DNA of 64,000 nucleotides from Candidatus Nealsonbacteria bacterium (GCA_030612885.1 JAUWMZ010000002.1:80923-144922), one strand, 5' to 3'; counted from the stretch's first letter, positions 17,848 to 27,674 are shown. The notes: generated from the letters alone by a model not told the origin. Made by a program: numbers and translations.

Positions 17848-19246
17848 AAAAATTCTTAATCTCCAAACCAAAAGCATTAATTCAGCTGCTTTTATATTGG
17901 CCGGGGCTTTTTTAATCAGCGCTCTTTTGGGTTTTATCAGAGACCGGCTTTTAGCCGGCAAGTTCGGCGCTGGAGATGAGTTAGATATATATTATGCTGC
18001 TTTTGAAATTCCGGATTTTTTGACAATGATATTAATGACCGGCGCTATTTCCGCAGCCATTATCCCTCTTTTTAGCCAGTATTTAATTAGTTCCAAAGAC
18101 AAGGCCTGGCAATATCTCTCCAATCTTTTGAATTTATTTTTATTTATTTTAATAATTGCTTCTCTTGTCTTGTTTGTATTTGCTCCCCAGTTAATTTCTT
18201 TAATCACCCCCGGCTTTTCGGCTGAAAAAAAAGTCCTGACAATACTTTTAACCAGGATTATGCTTTTAAGCCCGATTATCTTGGGAATGAGCAATATAAT
18301 TTCTGGAATTCTACGAGTTTTTAGAAGATTTCTCATTACTTCTTTGGCTCCGATAATGTATAATTTGGGAATTATCTTTGGTATCTTGGTATTTGTTCCT
18401 TATATGGGAATTAAAGGTTTGGCTTGGGGAGTAGCTTTTGGAGCTTTTTTACATTTTTTAATTCAAATTCCGGTTTTGTTTAAAACAGGATTCAGGTATA
18501 AGAAAATCTTTGATTTTTCTGAACCCGGTTTTAGAAAAACAATAAAGCTAACTATTCCTCGCTCTATAGGATTAGCTGCTACTCAAATTAATTTAGTGGT
18601 AGTAACCATTATTGCTTCTACTTTGAGCGCCGGGAGCATAGCCGTTTTTAATTTAGCAGAAAATCTTTCTCGTCCTCTTTTGACTTTAGCGGCAATTTCT
18701 TTTTCCACTGCTGCTTTTCCCAGCTTGAGCTTATCGTTTGCCAAAAAGCAGAAAGAAAAATTCAATAATATCTTTTTTTCGGTTTTTTATAAAATTCTTT
18801 TTTTAAGTTTATTTTTAAGCATTATCCTTTTTATTTTTAGAGAAGAAGTAGTCAATATTATTCTGAGAGTAGGGGAGTTTAGTTTATTAGACGCTCAATT
18901 AACTTCTGCTTGCTTAGCTATGATTTGCTTTGGAATTTTCGCCCAGTCCCTGGTTCTTTTAATTGCTAAAGCGTTTTATGCTGTTCAAAATACTAAAATC
19001 CCGGCTTTTGCCAGTGTGATAGCAACCATGGTAAACGTTTTTCTTTGCCTCTATTTTGTGCATTTACTTTCTTTTTCTAATTCTTTTCAGCAATTCTGGA
19101 CCAGCTTTCTCAATATTCAAAATTTAGAAAATATTCAAGTTATCGGCTTGCCCTTAGCTTTATCTTTTTCCGCTATCTTCCAACTCTTTTTATTATTATT
19201 ATTTTTACCCAAACTAAGAAAATTTAACGAGAACACTTCTCGTTAA
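17840..19246 (+). CDS. murJ: lipid II flippase MurJ
   Basis: 468 aa and ~14 TM; N-terminal RDRLLAGKFGAGDELDIYYAAFEIPDF is a typical MurJ signature. Confidence 0.85.
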   Translation: MFKKILNLQTKSINSAAFILAGAFLISALLGFIRDRLLAGKFGAGDELDIYYAAFEIPDFLTMILMTGAISAAIIPLFSQYLISSKDKAWQYLSNLLNLFLFILIIASLVLFVFAPQLISLITPGFSAEKKVLTILLTRIMLLSPIILGMSNIISGILRVFRRFLITSLAPIMYNLGIIFGILVFVPYMGIKGLAWGVAFGAFLHFLIQIPVLFKTGFRYKKIFDFSEPGFRKTIKLTIPRSIGLAATQINLVVVTIIASTLSAGSIAVFNLAENLSRPLLTLAAISFSTAAFPSLSLSFAKKQKEKFNNIFFSVFYKILFLSLFLSIILFIFREEVVNIILRVGEFSLLDAQLTSACLAMICFGIFAQSLVLLIAKAFYAVQNTKIPAFASVIATMVNVFLCLYFVHLLSFSNSFQQFWTSFLNIQNLENIQVIGLPLALSFSAIFQLFLLLLFLPKLRKFNENTSR

Positions 19247-19259
19247 ATTTATCATAAAA

Positions 19260-21107
19260 ATGCCAGACGAAATGAAACAAATTCGGAACTTTAGTATAAT
19301 CAGCCATGTGGATCACGGGAAATCTACTTTAGCTGATAGGTTTTTAGAACTGACTAATGCTGTTCCTGAAGAAAAGATGAAGGAACAGTTTTTAGATATG
19401 ATGGATTTAGAAAGAGAAAGGGGGATTACAATCAAACTCCAGCCCTGCCGAATGGAGCATGAAGGATTCATTCTGAATCTAATTGATACCCCGGGCCATG
19501 TGGATTTTTCTTACGAAGTTTCCCGTTCTTTAGCAGCTGTAGAAGGAGCAATTTTATTAGTAGATGTTATTAAGGGAATTCAAGCTCAGACCCTGGCTAA
19601 TTTAGAATTAGCTAAAAAGCAAGGTTTGGTTATTATTCCAGTAATTAATAAAATTGATTTAGTTCAAACCCCGGTCAAAATTGAAGAAACAAAAAAAGAA
19701 TTAGCAAAAATTCTGGATATTTCAGAACAAGATATTTTATCTATTTCAGCTAAAAAAGGCACCAATATTGAAAAGGTTTTAGAGAAAGTAATAGAGAGGG
19801 TACCTTCGCCCACCCAAATTTTGCCACAGGCAAAAATTATGGCGGATAAACCATTTCGAGCTTTGATTTTTGATTCCAAATACGATCCCTATAAAGGAGT
19901 TATTGCTTATGTTCGGGTTGTAGATGGTCAGATAAATAGCAACGAAGGAATATATTTAATGGCTTCTGAAACTGAAGCAAAAATAAAAGAATTGGGTTGT
20001 TTTAAACCAGAATTATCTCCTCAAAATGTTTTGTCTGCTGGTGAAATTGGTTATATTGCTACTGGCATCAAGGAACCGGGCCAAGTGAGGGTTGGAGACA
20101 CGATTGTCAGTGATAAGTTATTAGTTATCAATAATCAGGTGAAGTCACTGCCGGGTTATAAGGAGCCGAAGCCAGTTGTTTTTGTAAGTATTTATCCGGA
20201 GAATTCTAAAAAGTATGGTTTATTAAAAGAATCTTTAAGTAAATTAAAACTAAATGATCCCTCTTTGTATTTTGAGCCGGAGCATAAAGAAATTTTTGGC
20301 CAGGGATTCCGTTGCGGGTTTTTAGGTTCATTACATTTGGAAATTGCCGTAGAGCGTCTTCGCAGAGAATTTGATTTAGAGTTAATAGTTTTTTCTCCTT
20401 CAGTGGTTTATAAAATTATTGATGAAAGTAATAAAGAGAGATTAATTTATTCATCGGCTGACTGGCCAAGTTTCTTTTACGCCGCTTCCAAAAGCAGGCA
20501 GGAAGGCGGCAAAGAGATTCAAGAACCCTATGCTAAATTAGAAATTATCACTCCCTCGGATTATTTAGGCAAAGTAATGAAGGTGTTAGATGAATTTCAG
20601 ACAAAATATATCGGAACTGAATATCTGGGACCTAATAAATTACTTTTAATCCATCATTGTCCTTTAAGAGAAATTATTACTGGTTTTTATGATAAACTTA
20701 TGTCAGCTTCTCAGGGTTATGCTTCTATGAATTACGAAATTTTAGGATATCAAAAATCTGATTTAAAGAAAATAGAAATCTTGATAGCTGGTAAAAAAGA
20801 AGAGGCCTTTTCTAAAATTGTTTCTAAAGACAAGGCCTATCCAGAAGCCAGTAAGTTTTTAAAGAAAATAAAAGAAGTTCTGCCTCCTCAGCAATTTAGC
20901 GTTGCCCTTCAAGCCGTTGTTGATGGAAAAATCATTGCCCGGGAGACAGTTAGAGCCAGAGGAAAGGACGTTATTGCTCCTCTTTACGGCGGTGACTATA
21001 CCAGAAAAAGAAAACTCTTAGAAAAACAGAAAAAGGGCAAGAAAAAACTCAAAGAAAAAGCCCAGATTAAAATTCCTTCCGATGTTTATCTAAAGGTTTT
21101 GAGTTAG
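19260..21107 (+). CDS. lepA: elongation factor 4
   Basis: IRNFSIISHVDHGKSTLADR, DTPGHVDF, NKIDL, and a LepA C-terminal domain. Confidence 0.95.
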   Translation: MPDEMKQIRNFSIISHVDHGKSTLADRFLELTNAVPEEKMKEQFLDMMDLERERGITIKLQPCRMEHEGFILNLIDTPGHVDFSYEVSRSLAAVEGAILLVDVIKGIQAQTLANLELAKKQGLVIIPVINKIDLVQTPVKIEETKKELAKILDISEQDILSISAKKGTNIEKVLEKVIERVPSPTQILPQAKIMADKPFRALIFDSKYDPYKGVIAYVRVVDGQINSNEGIYLMASETEAKIKELGCFKPELSPQNVLSAGEIGYIATGIKEPGQVRVGDTIVSDKLLVINNQVKSLPGYKEPKPVVFVSIYPENSKKYGLLKESLSKLKLNDPSLYFEPEHKEIFGQGFRCGFLGSLHLEIAVERLRREFDLELIVFSPSVVYKIIDESNKERLIYSSADWPSFFYAASKSRQEGGKEIQEPYAKLEIITPSDYLGKVMKVLDEFQTKYIGTEYLGPNKLLLIHHCPLREIITGFYDKLMSASQGYASMNYEILGYQKSDLKKIEILIAGKKEEAFSKIVSKDKAYPEASKFLKKIKEVLPPQQFSVALQAVVDGKIIARETVRARGKDVIAPLYGGDYTRKRKLLEKQKKGKKKLKEKAQIKIPSDVYLKVLS

Positions 21108-21145
21108 GTATATTGAAATAATGAGTAAATTTTATTAGGATAAGA

Positions 21146-21250
21146 TTAGAAGAGAGGAGCGAATAGAAAACCAATCATACCTAAGACAACTAAGGATATT
21201 AGAATAATCCAGATCGCTTTTAAAATTGTTTTTCCTTTAAGTTTTGCCAT
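21146..21250 (-). CDS. possible 34-aa membrane mini-protein
   Basis: Read by hand: MAKLKGKTILKAIWIILISLVVLGMIGFLFAPLF. One TM, no clear SD, too short for the track. Confidence 0.25.
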   Translation of the reverse strand: MAKLKGKTILKAIWIILISLVVLGMIGFLFAPLF

Positions 21251-21256
21251 TCTTTT

Positions 21257-21652
21257 ATGATAACAAAATTTGGAAAATATAAAAAGAGTAGAAAGAGTAA
21301 TTTACTTTCAATGTTTTCTTTTTTGCTTTTAGGAGTGTTTATTTTTGGAGTCATTACTTTCTTGGTTGTTTCTAATTGGAGAATAAGCCAAAAAAGAGCT
21401 GACTTTCGTTTAAAGATAAAAGAATTGACAGAGGAGATTAAGGTTTTAGAAGCAAAGAAAGAACAATTAGAAGCCGGCATTTATCAGTCCACGCAGGATG
21501 AGTATTGGGAGGAAAAAATCAGGGAGCAGGGTTATAAAAAACCAGGCGAGGAGGCAGTGGTGATTAAAAAAGAAATAGAAGAAAAAGAAAATCAAGAAGA
21601 AAAAGAAAAAAGTTTTTTAGATAAATTTTTAGAAAAATTCAAGCGGGATTAG
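21257..21652 (+). CDS. FtsB/DivIC-like septum formation initiator
   Basis: N-terminal TM then a coiled coil (RLKIKELTEEIKVLEAKKEQLEAG). The last 11 nt overlap tRNA-Gly. Confidence 0.5.
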   Translation: MITKFGKYKKSRKSNLLSMFSFLLLGVFIFGVITFLVVSNWRISQKRADFRLKIKELTEEIKVLEAKKEQLEAGIYQSTQDEYWEEKIREQGYKKPGEEAVVIKKEIEEKENQEEKEKSFLDKFLEKFKRD

Positions 21653-21712
21653 TTGAGCGGTTCAACACAACCTTCCCAAGGTTGAAAGACGGGTTCGACT
21701 CCCGTATCTCGC
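21642..21712 (+). tRNA. tRNA-Gly(CCC)
   Basis: Hand fold: acceptor GCGGGAT/ATCTCGC, anticodon arm CAACC-TTCCCAA-GGTTG, T arm ACGGG-TTCGACT-CCCGT. No encoded CCA. Confidence 0.8.
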
Positions 21713-21718
21713 TCGCTT

Positions 21719-21791
21719 TGCCGATGTAGCTCAACTGGTAGAGCAGGCGCTCCGTAAGTGTCAGGTTGTCGGTTCGAGACCGACCATCGGC
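21719..21791 (+). tRNA. tRNA-Thr(CGU) (anticodon loop TCCGTAA)
   Basis: Acceptor GCCGATG/CATCGGC, D arm GCTC-AACTGGTA-GAGC, T arm GTCGG-TTCGAGA-CCGAC. The anticodon stem needs two G-U pairs. Confidence 0.7.
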
Positions 21792-21802
21792 TATAGAAAA
21801 TT

Positions 21803-21830
21803 TGAGGGGACTTTATTCACCCTCTTTTCT
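21803..21830 (+). terminator. terminator after the tRNA pair
   Basis: GAGGG-N11-CCCTC followed by TTTTCTTTTT. Confidence 0.55.
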
Positions 21831-21861
21831 TTTTGGCAATTTTTTGCTATCATATAAAAAT

Positions 21862-22960
21862 ATGAAGGATATTGAAGAAAAAATTAAGAATTTAGAAGAT
21901 AAAATCCTCTATTTAGAGGACTGTCTTTGACTTAATTAAAAAACAGGAAAAAATTAAAGAATTAGAAAAAGAAATTCAGAAACCGGATTTTTGGCAAAAC
22001 AAGCAAAAGGCAGCTGAAATTTCCCAGGAATTAGCTGATTTAAAAGATGAGAAAGAAGAATTTGAAAAATTTAAAGAAAATTTAGAGGAATTAAAAGAGA
22101 TAATTAAATTAAACGACGAGAGCTTAGAAAAAGAAATAGAAGAAAGAATTTTTCAATTTGAAAAAGAAATAAAAAAAGAGGAAGAAAAAACTTTTCTTTC
22201 CGGAAAATACGACAAAGGAAACGCTGTTTTATCCATATATTCCGGCGCCGGCGGACAGGATGCTCAGGACTGGGCAACAATCCTTTTACGAATGTATGAA
22301 AGATATTGCCAGCAAAAAGAATTTAAGGCAAAAATTTTAGAACAATCCTTTGGAGAAGGAGGAGGGCCGGAAGGAAGGATTGGAACCAAATCAGCAACTC
22401 TGGAAATTAAAGGAAAGTATGCTTTTGGATTTTTAAAGAAAGAGACCGGAGTTCACCGCTTGGTTCGCATTTCTCCATTTTCTCCGCAAAAGCTTCGCCA
22501 TACCTCTTTTGCTTTAATTGAAGTTTTGCCAGAGATTTCAAAAATAGACGAAGAAGAAATGAAAATCAGTCCGGATGATTTGAGAATTGATGTCTTTCGG
22601 GCTTCTGGTCCCGGCGGCCAATACGTCAATAAAAGGGAATCAGCTGTTCGCATCACTCATCTTCCGACTAATATCGTGGTAAGCTGCCAGGGTGAGCGCC
22701 TCCAGGGCTTGAATAAAGAAAAAGCAATGAAATTATTGTATGCTAAGCTTTATCAAATGAAAGAAAAAGAAAGACAAAAAGAAATCAAGGAAGTGAAAGG
22801 AAAACCAGTTTCTGCTGAATGGGGGAGTCAAATCAGGTCTTATGTTCTGCATCCTTATAAAATGGTAAAGGACTTGCGGACTAACATTGAAACCTCTAAT
22901 GTGGAAGCTGTTTTAGACGGAAATTTGGATGAATTCATTGAAGCAGAAATTAAAAGCTAA
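21862..22960 (+). CDS. prfB: peptide chain release factor 2 with programmed +1 frameshift
   Basis: Frame 0 reads MKDIEEKIKNLEDKILYLEDCL-TGA. The +1 frame continues DLIKKQEKIKEL... into track ORF 22292..22960 (SPF, GGQ motifs). Confidence 0.9.
21925..21931 (+). other. RF2 +1 frameshift site CTT TGA C
   Basis: CTTTGAC, preceded by the SD-like AGAGGA at 21915-21920. Confidence 0.9.
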
Positions 22961-22974
22961 ATATAGACCTCTAT

Positions 22975-23655
22975 ATGATTAAATTTCAAAATGTAAGCAA
23001 AATCTATAATCCTGATATTTACGCCCTTGATAATATCTCTTTAGAGATAAAGGAAAAGGAGTTTATTTCTATTGTTGGCAAATGCGGAGCAGGGAAGACA
23101 ACTTTATTGAAATTGCTTTTAGCGGAGGAAAAGCCGAATTCCGGCCAAGTTTTTTTTCAGGACAATGATGTCAATCAAATTAAACCTCATTATATTCCAA
23201 AATTTCGGCGAAAAATCGGAGTGATATTCCAGGACTATAAACTGCTTCCTTCCAGGAATGTTTACGAAAACGTTGCTTATGTAATGGAGGTTATGGGAGC
23301 CAGTAATGAAGAAATTGCCAGAGATGTGCCTCAGGTTCTGGAGATTGTGGGTTTAGCTGAGAAAAGAGAAAATTTCCCGGTCCAGCTTTCTGGCGGAGAA
23401 AAACAAAGAGTAGCGATTGCCAGGGCTTTAATTCACAGGCCTCAATTGATAATTGCCGATGAACCGACTGGTAATCTTGACCCTTATCACACCCAGGATA
23501 TCATAAAACTTTTGGAGAAAATCAATGAATTAGGCACAACAGTTATTTTAGCCACTCATTATAAAGAGATAGTTAATAATTTAAGAAAAAGAGTGGTTAC
23601 CTTAGAAGAAGGTCGGATAATCAGAGACGAGGAAAAAGGAAGATTTATACTTTAA
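22975..23655 (+). CDS. ftsE: cell division ATP-binding protein FtsE
   Basis: GKCGAGKTT, LSGGEKQRVAIARAL, IIADEPTGNLD. Confidence 0.9.
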   Translation: MIKFQNVSKIYNPDIYALDNISLEIKEKEFISIVGKCGAGKTTLLKLLLAEEKPNSGQVFFQDNDVNQIKPHYIPKFRRKIGVIFQDYKLLPSRNVYENVAYVMEVMGASNEEIARDVPQVLEIVGLAEKRENFPVQLSGGEKQRVAIARALIHRPQLIIADEPTGNLDPYHTQDIIKLLEKINELGTTVILATHYKEIVNNLRKRVVTLEEGRIIRDEEKGRFIL

Positions 23656-23663
23656 TCAAAAAA

Positions 23664-24578
23664 ATGCCTATAATAATTTCTTTAAGACGAATATTGAATA
23701 CTGGTTGGAAAAGTTTTTCCCAAAATATTGGACTTTCCGTAGCCATGGTTTTTGTTTTAGTTTTAACGATTTCTTTAGCCAGTTCGCTTTTTATCGTAAA
23801 AGATGCTACTCAATTCGTGATATCCGATCTTCAAGAAAAAGTTGACATTTCTGTTTATTTTAAAGAAGATTGTTTGGAAGAAGATATTTTTGTCATTAAA
23901 GAAAAAGTTGAAGCTATTTCCGAGGTGAAGAAAGTAGAATATGTTTCCAGAGAAAAAGCGCTGGAAAGTTTTAAACAAAGGCATCAAGACGATGAAGTTT
24001 TAATGAGTTCATTAGATGAATTGGGAACAAATCCTTTTTTAGCTTCTTTAAATATTAAATCCTGGCAGGCTTCTCAATACGCCTCGGTGGTTAATTTTTT
24101 AGAAAATAATGGATTTGGAGGGCAAATAGCTAAGATTGATTATTTCCAGAAAAAACCGGTGATTGAAAAAATATTTTCCATAAGCTCTCAAATCAATATA
24201 ACCGGTCTTGCTTTAGGTTTGATATTTTCTATTATCGCTCTTTTAATTGTTTTCAACCATGTTCGTTTGGCAATTCTGAATTCCAAAGAAGAAATTGAGA
24301 TTCAGCGTCTGGTTGGCGCCTCCAATTGGTTTATCAGAGGACCTTTTGTAGTTCAGGGAATAATCGCTGGAATATTCGCTATTATCATCAGTATTTTAAT
24401 TTTTAGTATTGGTATTTTCTTTTTAAGCCCTAAAATTGGAGAGATTGTCCCGGGATTTATTCTCTTTGAATATTTTGCGAGCAATTTCTTTATTATTCTC
24501 TTAATCCAGGTTTTAGTAGGCATTGGCTTAGGGGTTATTTCCAGCTCAATCGCTATCAGAAAATACTTAAAGGTGTAA
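23664..24578 (+). CDS. ftsX: cell division permease FtsX
   Basis: Follows ftsE. N-terminal TM, periplasmic domain, C-terminal 3-TM FtsX fold. Confidence 0.85.
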   Translation: MPIIISLRRILNTGWKSFSQNIGLSVAMVFVLVLTISLASSLFIVKDATQFVISDLQEKVDISVYFKEDCLEEDIFVIKEKVEAISEVKKVEYVSREKALESFKQRHQDDEVLMSSLDELGTNPFLASLNIKSWQASQYASVVNFLENNGFGGQIAKIDYFQKKPVIEKIFSISSQINITGLALGLIFSIIALLIVFNHVRLAILNSKEEIEIQRLVGASNWFIRGPFVVQGIIAGIFAIIISILIFSIGIFFLSPKIGEIVPGFILFEYFASNFFIILLIQVLVGIGLGVISSSIAIRKYLKV

Positions 24579-24597
24579 TTTTTGAAGAGCCAAATAT

Positions 24598-24668
24598 TGC
24601 CGGGTCGGCTAATGGTAGGCCAAATGCCCCTGGAGCATTGAATCTTGGTTCGAATCCAAGCCCGGCAG
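24598..24668 (+). tRNA. tRNA-Gln(CUG) (anticodon loop CCCTGGA)
   Basis: U1-A72 acceptor TGCCGGG/CCCGGCA and G73. Anticodon arm AATGC-CCCTGGA-GCATT, T arm CTTGG-TTCGAAT-CCAAG. Confidence 0.75.
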
Positions 24669-24823
24669 CACGAGTCAGCGCAGTATCGAGGCCGACCGAG
24701 AGGCCTATTTTGAGGCTATTTTTTCACGACGGGTCTAGGGCGTCCTAAACCCGTACTCGTCTAGGGCACCGAACTTTGTTCGAGACTAAACCGTATCAAT
24801 TAGTCGCCATTTGGGCGATTTTT

Positions 24824-24832
24824 TGGTAGAAT
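24824..24832 (+). promoter_or_regulatory. extended -10 TGGTAGAAT, 6 nt before the ATG (probably a leaderless mRNA)
   Basis: TTTTTTGGTAGAAT preceded by the hairpin TCGCC-ATTTG-GGCGA. The same 9-mer occurs at 30194, 35085 and 47502. Confidence 0.55.
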
Positions 24833-24838
24833 GAAAAT

Positions 24839-25258
24839 ATGAAAACGAGCATTTCCGTAAAGAACATCTTTATATTATTGGGCGCAATATTGGGAGGTTT
24901 AATTGTTGTTTGGTTTGTTGTTTGGTTGGTTTTAGCATCATCTATCTTTATAAATGACGCAAAAGAAAACAGAGAAAGGGCTGAACTTTTTTACAAGGAA
25001 GATGTTGAGAGATATGAAGAAAGTGGAAGGTCTCCCTTCGTAATAAAATATACTTATAGCAAGATAAAAAATTTAGGATTCTACGGTGGCGGAGGATACA
25101 TTAGTGGGACAGATTGTTGGGAGAGATTTATTAAAGATGTTTGGACAAGAGAAGAAATTGTTTTTGTCTCTGCTTGCGATGGTGAAGATTGGGATGAAGG
25201 AGCAGAAAAGAAGATAGAAGGATTTTGGGAAAAATACAAAGAGTTGTTCGGGGAATAA
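24839..25258 (+). CDS. membrane-anchored protein, paralog A1
   Basis: N-terminal TM. Shares FINDAKENRERAELFYKEDV...GGGYI...WERFIKD...FWEK.KELFGE with 27276..27674. Confidence 0.6.
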   Translation: MKTSISVKNIFILLGAILGGLIVVWFVVWLVLASSIFINDAKENRERAELFYKEDVERYEESGRSPFVIKYTYSKIKNLGFYGGGGYISGTDCWERFIKDVWTREEIVFVSACDGEDWDEGAEKKIEGFWEKYKELFGE

Positions 25259-25313
25259 ACTGATTTCATTTTAACAACATTCATTCCTGACAAATTTTAA
25301 ATAAAGCTTAAAT

Positions 25314-26012
25314 ATGAAAAAATCAGTAAAAATTATTATTGTCTTAGGTGTAATTGGAGTTGTATTAATTGGTGTTTGGTTGAATTTGGATAGCCATACT
25401 AAATGTAAATTGATATATAGGAAAAACATCTGCAATTTTTACAAAATGACGGAGACCATAAGCCACGATCCTGAAATTTCTGATTTTGAAAAAGCAATGT
25501 TGTTGTGCCGAGAAATGGAAGATGTTCCTAAAAAGGATAGCTGTTTTGAGTATATTGCTCAAGTAGTTTCTTTCTACGATACAGAAAGAGCAAAACAAGC
25601 TTGTGATGAGATTAAAGAATTTCAAGAAGTGCATAGCAAAAAAGAGTGTTATCAAATGATCGAAAGTTCAAGAGAAAAGAAGTTGGCAGAATCTTCGGTG
25701 GTGGCATTTATGGAAAGTCGCGTTCAACGAAACCAAGAAAAAGCGTTAAATTGGCTTACTGATAACGTTAAACAGCAATACGCTCAACCAAGCTTAACTT
25801 TAATTGGAACTTCTAATCCTCATTTCGCCGATTACCAAATTTTAGAAGCGAAACAATTAGATTTTCAAAAACATACATTCAAAGTGAGAATCTATGAAGA
25901 ATATACCGGAGAAGGAATGGTGGGTTATTTTGATGAAATTTTGACAGTAGTTAAAGGAAATGATCAATACTTAATAGATTCGGTAGAACGAGACGAATAT
26001 GTAAATCTTTAA
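25314..26012 (+). CDS. membrane-anchored Cys-containing protein, paralog B1
   Basis: N-terminal TM. Shares CKLIY.KNICNFY...DVPKKD.CFEYIAQVV...SNPHFA.Y...FKVRIYEEYT.EG with 27767..28471. Confidence 0.6.
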   Translation: MKKSVKIIIVLGVIGVVLIGVWLNLDSHTKCKLIYRKNICNFYKMTETISHDPEISDFEKAMLLCREMEDVPKKDSCFEYIAQVVSFYDTERAKQACDEIKEFQEVHSKKECYQMIESSREKKLAESSVVAFMESRVQRNQEKALNWLTDNVKQQYAQPSLTLIGTSNPHFADYQILEAKQLDFQKHTFKVRIYEEYTGEGMVGYFDEILTVVKGNDQYLIDSVERDEYVNL

Positions 26013-26016
26013 ACCT

Positions 26017-26044
26017 TAATTAAAATGCAACCTTTTGGGATTTT
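26017..26044 (+). promoter_or_regulatory. ECF-type promoter GCAACC-N14-GCGTTATA (AAC-N16-CGT)
   Basis: ~45 nt upstream of the sigma gene. The same bipartite motif with identical spacing occurs at 28484-28511. Confidence 0.6.
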
Positions 26045-26089
26045 CTGCGTTATAATAAATAGAGGTAGGGAATCCCCTTTGTTTTAGAT

Positions 26090-26641
26090 ATGAACTTGAA
26101 AGAAGATAAAGAATTAATAAAAGAAGCCAAGCGAAATCCAGAGGTTTTCGGCGAGCTTTATGATAAATACTATTCCCGAATTTTTAGTTATACTTTAAAA
26201 AGAACAGCCAATTTAGAAATTGCCCAAGATATAACCTCCGAGACATTTTTCAAAGCATTAAAGAAGCTCTGGCAGTTTCGCTGGCGGAACATTCCTTTTT
26301 CATCTTGGCTTTATAGAATTGCCTCAAACGAAATAGCCAATTATTTCAGGAAAAATAAGTATAAACCAATCTCTTTGGAAAAAATCCCAGAACCAATTAC
26401 TGTTTCAAATCCTTCTATTGAAATTCTTGAAGCCGAACAAGAGCTAAAAAAGCATCAAGATTTTTTAATGCTCCGAAAAGAAATCTCCAAACTCCCGATT
26501 AAATACCAAGAGGTAATCACTTTGAGATTTTTTGAGAAAAAGCAAATTAAAGAAATTGCTGAAATTTTAGGCAAAAGAGGGGGGACAATAAAATCATTAT
26601 TATCAAGGGGATTAGAAAAATTAAAAAATTCAGTAAAATGA
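26090..26641 (+). CDS. ECF (group 4) sigma-70 factor
   Basis: Region 2: IAQDITSETFFKALKKLWQF...WLYRIASNEIANYFRK. Region 4: YQEVITLRFFEKKQIKEIAEILGKRGGTIKSLLSRGLEKLK. Confidence 0.85.
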   Translation: MNLKEDKELIKEAKRNPEVFGELYDKYYSRIFSYTLKRTANLEIAQDITSETFFKALKKLWQFRWRNIPFSSWLYRIASNEIANYFRKNKYKPISLEKIPEPITVSNPSIEILEAEQELKKHQDFLMLRKEISKLPIKYQEVITLRFFEKKQIKEIAEILGKRGGTIKSLLSRGLEKLKNSVK

Positions 26642-26689
26642 AAGGTCGAGGATTAAAAAGATTTAAAAATTTAGTAAGAAAAATTTATA

Positions 26690-26890
26690 ATGACAAACAA
26701 AAAATGTCTAAAATGTGGAAGTAAAAACCTTTATAGATGTTTGCTTAAAGGATTTGATACTGGTATTGGTGAAAGATGGGAATTGATTAATAAAAGAGTA
26801 GAGGCACAAGTTTGTTTAGATTGTGGTTATATCGAACTATATCTAAACGAGAAAGATTTGGAGAAATTAAAGAAAAAGTTGAAAAAATAG
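26690..26890 (+). CDS. 66-aa zinc-ribbon protein (possible minimal anti-sigma)
   Basis: CLKCG...CLDCG pairs. Sits immediately downstream of the ECF sigma gene. Confidence 0.45.
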   Translation: MTNKKCLKCGSKNLYRCLLKGFDTGIGERWELINKRVEAQVCLDCGYIELYLNEKDLEKLKKKLKK

Positions 26891-26899
26891 AATAAAGTT

Positions 26900-27265
26900 A
26901 TGACAAAAACAAAATTACTTTATTTAGGAGTGGGAATATTCATCGCTTTATTTGTGTTGGTTTTTACTTTTAATTTGAAGTATTTTTTTCTTTGCTCTGA
27001 CCATTATATAGTTAACTGCTGGCGAGAGTCAGGACTACTAATACAGGTATCACCACCTATTTCCACAACCGAAGAATACATCCCTTGTTCTAACAATAAC
27101 GATTGCTCTGTTGAAATAATGCAGAATTTTTGCAGTCTAGGAGGTCATGCCAACTTATTGAAATGTGATGGAGCAAGGTATTACTGTGAAGATGACGGAT
27201 ATTGTAAGGGGTGTGTTTGTCCTTGGTATTCTCCAGCTCGCTGGCTGTCGGTGATTAAAAAGTAA
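26900..27265 (+). CDS. membrane-anchored Cys-rich protein
   Basis: N-terminal TM, then 13 Cys in ~90 aa (CSNNNDCS...CEDDGYCKGCVCPW). Confidence 0.5.
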   Translation: MTKTKLLYLGVGIFIALFVLVFTFNLKYFFLCSDHYIVNCWRESGLLIQVSPPISTTEEYIPCSNNNDCSVEIMQNFCSLGGHANLLKCDGARYYCEDDGYCKGCVCPWYSPARWLSVIKK

Positions 27266-27275
27266 ATTTAATTTT

Positions 27276-27674
27276 ATGAAACAACCTCTAAAGATAATTA
27301 TTATTTTGTTCGTTATTATAGTTAGTTTGGTTGTTGTTTGGTTGATTCTAGCATTACCTATTTTTATAAATGACGCAAAAGAAAACAGGGAAAGAGCTGA
27401 ACTTTTTTACAAGGAAGATGTTGGAAGATATGAAGAAAGTGGAAGAGAATCTTTTGAGATGAAATACACCTATAGTTATACTCAAAATTTAGGATTTTAC
27501 AGCGGAGGAGGATACATTGCCGGAACTAATTATTGGGAGAGATTTATTAAAGATGCTTGGACAGGGCAGGAAATTATCTCTCTCAATGTTTACGAAGACA
27601 AAGAGACGAACAAAGAAACGGAAAGAAAGATAGAAGAATTTTGGGAAAAACACAAAGAGTTGTTTGGGGAATAA
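27276..27674 (+). CDS. membrane-anchored protein, paralog A2
   Basis: See 24839..25258; roughly two-thirds of residues look identical by eye. Confidence 0.6.
   Translation: MKQPLKIIIILFVIIVSLVVVWLILALPIFINDAKENRERAELFYKEDVGRYEESGRESFEMKYTYSYTQNLGFYSGGGYIAGTNYWERFIKDAWTGQEIISLNVYEDKETNKETERKIEEFWEKHKELFGE

Noticed and set aside
24598-24838. Prophage or integrative element at tRNA-Gln.
   Set aside because: No integrase, recombinase or phage structural genes are present, and I could not find by eye a direct repeat of the tRNA 3' end at the distal border. It is kept only as an island of unknown origin.
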